64,000 nucleotides of DNA from the human T2T-CHM13v2.0 reference genome, Homo sapiens. The position numbers were made by a program, and so were the translations under genes. This document shows, in pieces, positions 61,462 through 64,000 of this stretch. Position 1 is the first letter of the stretch, and each line of letters starts with the position of its first letter. The notes under the pieces were generated by a model that searched no databases, was not told the DNA's origin, and was given only the letters and a program-made list of their open reading frames with translations. The stretch lies in NCBI RefSeq assembly GCF_009914755.1, contig NC_060927.1. One strand, written 5' to 3'.

Positions 61462-61959
61462 ATTGTTTAAATTTTGTTCAATATATGAGAATATACATTA
61501 AAATGTAAAAATTAATTATCTTTGATAACTGAAATTCTATCTTTCTAGGCTTATGGTTTCTCAGCTATATTTTTCTCCTTATTATGTTATTAAATGCATC
61601 AGGCTTTTATAAATAAAATAACTTTTAGAAAGTAATACATGCCCATAAGTATTAAAATGTTAAATAATAACAGTCTTTTTCTCCATTCTAAACATTCCAA
61701 TCCCAATCCATAGAGGTTACAAAAGTCAACAAGTTATTGTGTATGGCTCTGAGCACTGTCTAAATACATATAAGAGAATGTGCATGAATGTTTGTATTTA
61801 CACAATGTATTTAATAGAATATACATATGTTATAAATACATATATTTGCATATAAATATGTATATGATATATACTAAAATAGGAATATACGTGCAAGAAT
61901 ATATGTTTTATATATATTATTATATGCATATATACTCACAAATATGTTTACACATACAC

Positions 61960-62172
61960 TAAATGCATAGATTTGATAGCTCCATTACAGATCCTGGCTC
62001 GCTCTCATCCTATCTGATGATAGAAAAGTTACTTTGTTATGCCTCATTTTCCTCATTGGTAAAGTGGCAATAACAATAATTACCTCAGGGTTGTGTTATG
62101 ATTACATAAGAAATTAATATAATAATGTACTTTGGACCCTGCTTATCACATAATAAACATTTAATAAATACT
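61960..62172 (+). mobile_element. MIR SINE
   Basis: GCCTCATTTTCCTCATTGGTAAAGTGGCAATAACAATAATTACCTCAGGGTTGTG core motif. Confidence 0.8.
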
Positions 62173-62384
62173 AGTTCTTAATCATTAGAAACAAATCATG
62201 AGAATCTTTTACCATTTTCATCACCGACAATGTCTACAATTCAACGTTTACCTTTTGCCAACCTAACAGATGAAAATGGTATCTGTTTGTTGTTTTAACT
62301 AATTTTGCATTGGGCTGCACATTTTATGGGTATTTGTTGAATGATTTCATTTTACATAGATTGCCTTTTATGATTTTTATGATT

Positions 62385-62730
62385 TCTTCAACTTTCATTT
62401 TAGGTTCAGGGTTACGTGTGTAGGTTTGTTATATAGGTAAACTTGTGTCACAGAGGTGTGATGTATAGATTATTTCATCATCCGGGTACTAAGCATAGTA
62501 CTCGATAGTTAGTTATTTTTTCTGATTCTGTCTCTTCTCCCACCCTTCTCCCTCAAGTAGGCCCCAGTGTCTGTTGTTCCTCCCTTTCTGTCCATGTGTT
62601 CTCATTATTTAGTTCCCACTTATAAGTGAGAACATGTGGTATTTGGTTTTCTCTTCCTGCATTAGTTTGCTTAAGATAATGGTCTCCGACTCCATCCTTG
62701 TTCCTGCAAAGGACAAGATCTTGTTTCTTT

Positions 62731-62767
<37 letters not shown>

Positions 62768-62975
62768 GCTACATAGTATCTCATGGTGTAAATGTACCAC
62801 ATTTTCTTTATCCGGTCTTTTGCTGATGGGTATTTAGGTTGCTTCCATGTCTTTGCTATAGTGAATAGTGTTGCAATGAACACATGAGTGCATGTGTCTT
62901 TATGGTAGACCAATTTATATTTCGTTGGGTATATACCAAGTAACAGGATTTCTGCGTTGAATGGTAGTTCTGTTC
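62385..62975 (-). mobile_element. 5'-truncated L1PA (L1PA11-13-like) 3' end within older L1ME-like sequence
   Basis: CCCTCAAGTAGGCCCCAGTGTCTGTTGTTCC and TTTAGTTCCCACTTATAAGTGAGAACATG; ORF 62671-62913 reads [23 protein letters not shown]. Confidence 0.88.
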
Positions 62976-63631
62976 TTTTACCATTTTTATTACATTTTCT
63001 TTTTTATTCTTAAGCTATTAGAATAGTAAATTAGATTTCTATGCTGCAAATATTATCCAGTTTTTTATTTATTCTATTATTAATAATTACATGCACTATT
63101 CTTTGATGGGCTCTGAGTTTTTACTTACAGTTTAAAACACCATCCCCATTTTACCATAAACATGTTTACCTGTGTGTCATCTTTAGTTTTGATATTTTAT
63201 ATTTACATTTTTGGTCAATGTGATTTTTATTTGCATGTAATAAATTTTGAAAAGCAGTATGAGGAAGTAATTTGATAATATCTAATGTATTTAAATTTTT
63301 GCATACCCTATGGCACATAGGAATGCACTGTATGACACAGCAATTCCATTTCTAGGAACATTACTTATTAAGCTCCATTTACGTACTATGAGACAAGTTT
63401 GATGATTTTTTAAAAACATTATTGAAAAATAGAAGAAATCTAAGTGTCCATATGCACAAAAGTGGTTTAATTATGGTGCAGCCATAAAATTAAATACTAT
63501 AAACCTGTGAAAATCAATGAATCAGAGTATTACTTACAGATACTATATTAAATGAAAAAGTAAGTTGAATGTAATGTGATGTTTATATGGTTTTAATCAT
63601 GAAAAATAAAAGTAAAAAATGTTTAGGAATA

Positions 63632-63936
63632 CAATAGCTCCTTCTTATCTGTGGAGGATACATTCTAAGACCCCCAGTGTATGCCTAAAATCATGTATAG
63701 TACTGAATCCTGTACATACTATATATTTTTCCTATACAAACAACTATATGGTAAAGTTTAATGTACAAATTAGGCACAGTAAGAGATTAACAAACATAAT
63801 AAAATAGAACAATTATAAAATGTATTGTAATAAAACTTAGATGAATGTAGCCTCTCTCTCTCTCAAAATGTCTTATTGTACTGTACCTTGGGTAACTGAA
63901 ACTGTGAAGGCAAACCAGAGATAAGGGGGAATACTG
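63632..63936 (+). mobile_element. MER44A-like (Tigger7-derived) DNA transposon
   Basis: TA-flanked TIRs CAATAGCTCCTTCTTATCT and AGATAAGGGGGAATACTG; internal AAATTAGGCACAGTAAGAGATTAACAA. Confidence 0.88.
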
Positions 63937-64000
63937 TACATACTTATATTGTGGAATTATAAAAGGATTCATGAGAATGTTAAACATCAGCATTAAGATA

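Overview
AT-rich, gene-poor primate DNA, human by the presence of an L1HS-Ta element. Most of the window is interspersed repeat in several age layers: MIR/L2, old L1M elements, MaLR/ERVL LTRs, Tigger-family DNA transposons, ERV1 solo LTRs, L1PA elements, eight Alus and a 5'-deleted HERV-H provirus with an intact 3' LTR7. I find no cellular protein-coding gene, structural RNA gene or CRISPR array, and no evidence of a new multi-gene system. The most notable locus is a young L1HS-Ta with a twin-priming 5' inversion (57611-61427, perfect 16-bp TSD). Its junction places an antisense-derived ATG in frame with ORF2p residues ~70-956, giving a stop-free 920-aa ORF with a truncated endonuclease and a complete RT. 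Other oddities are an apparent ~130-bp target-site duplication around an old L1 fragment (55196-55682), an unexplained ~145-bp hairpin (31543-31687), an LTR7up-like promoter that has lost its 5' LTR, a head-to-head L1PA/L1MA junction, and several micro fold-back scars. Repeat subfamily names come from recalled consensus sequences, not from a search. Boundaries without a stated TSD are approximate.
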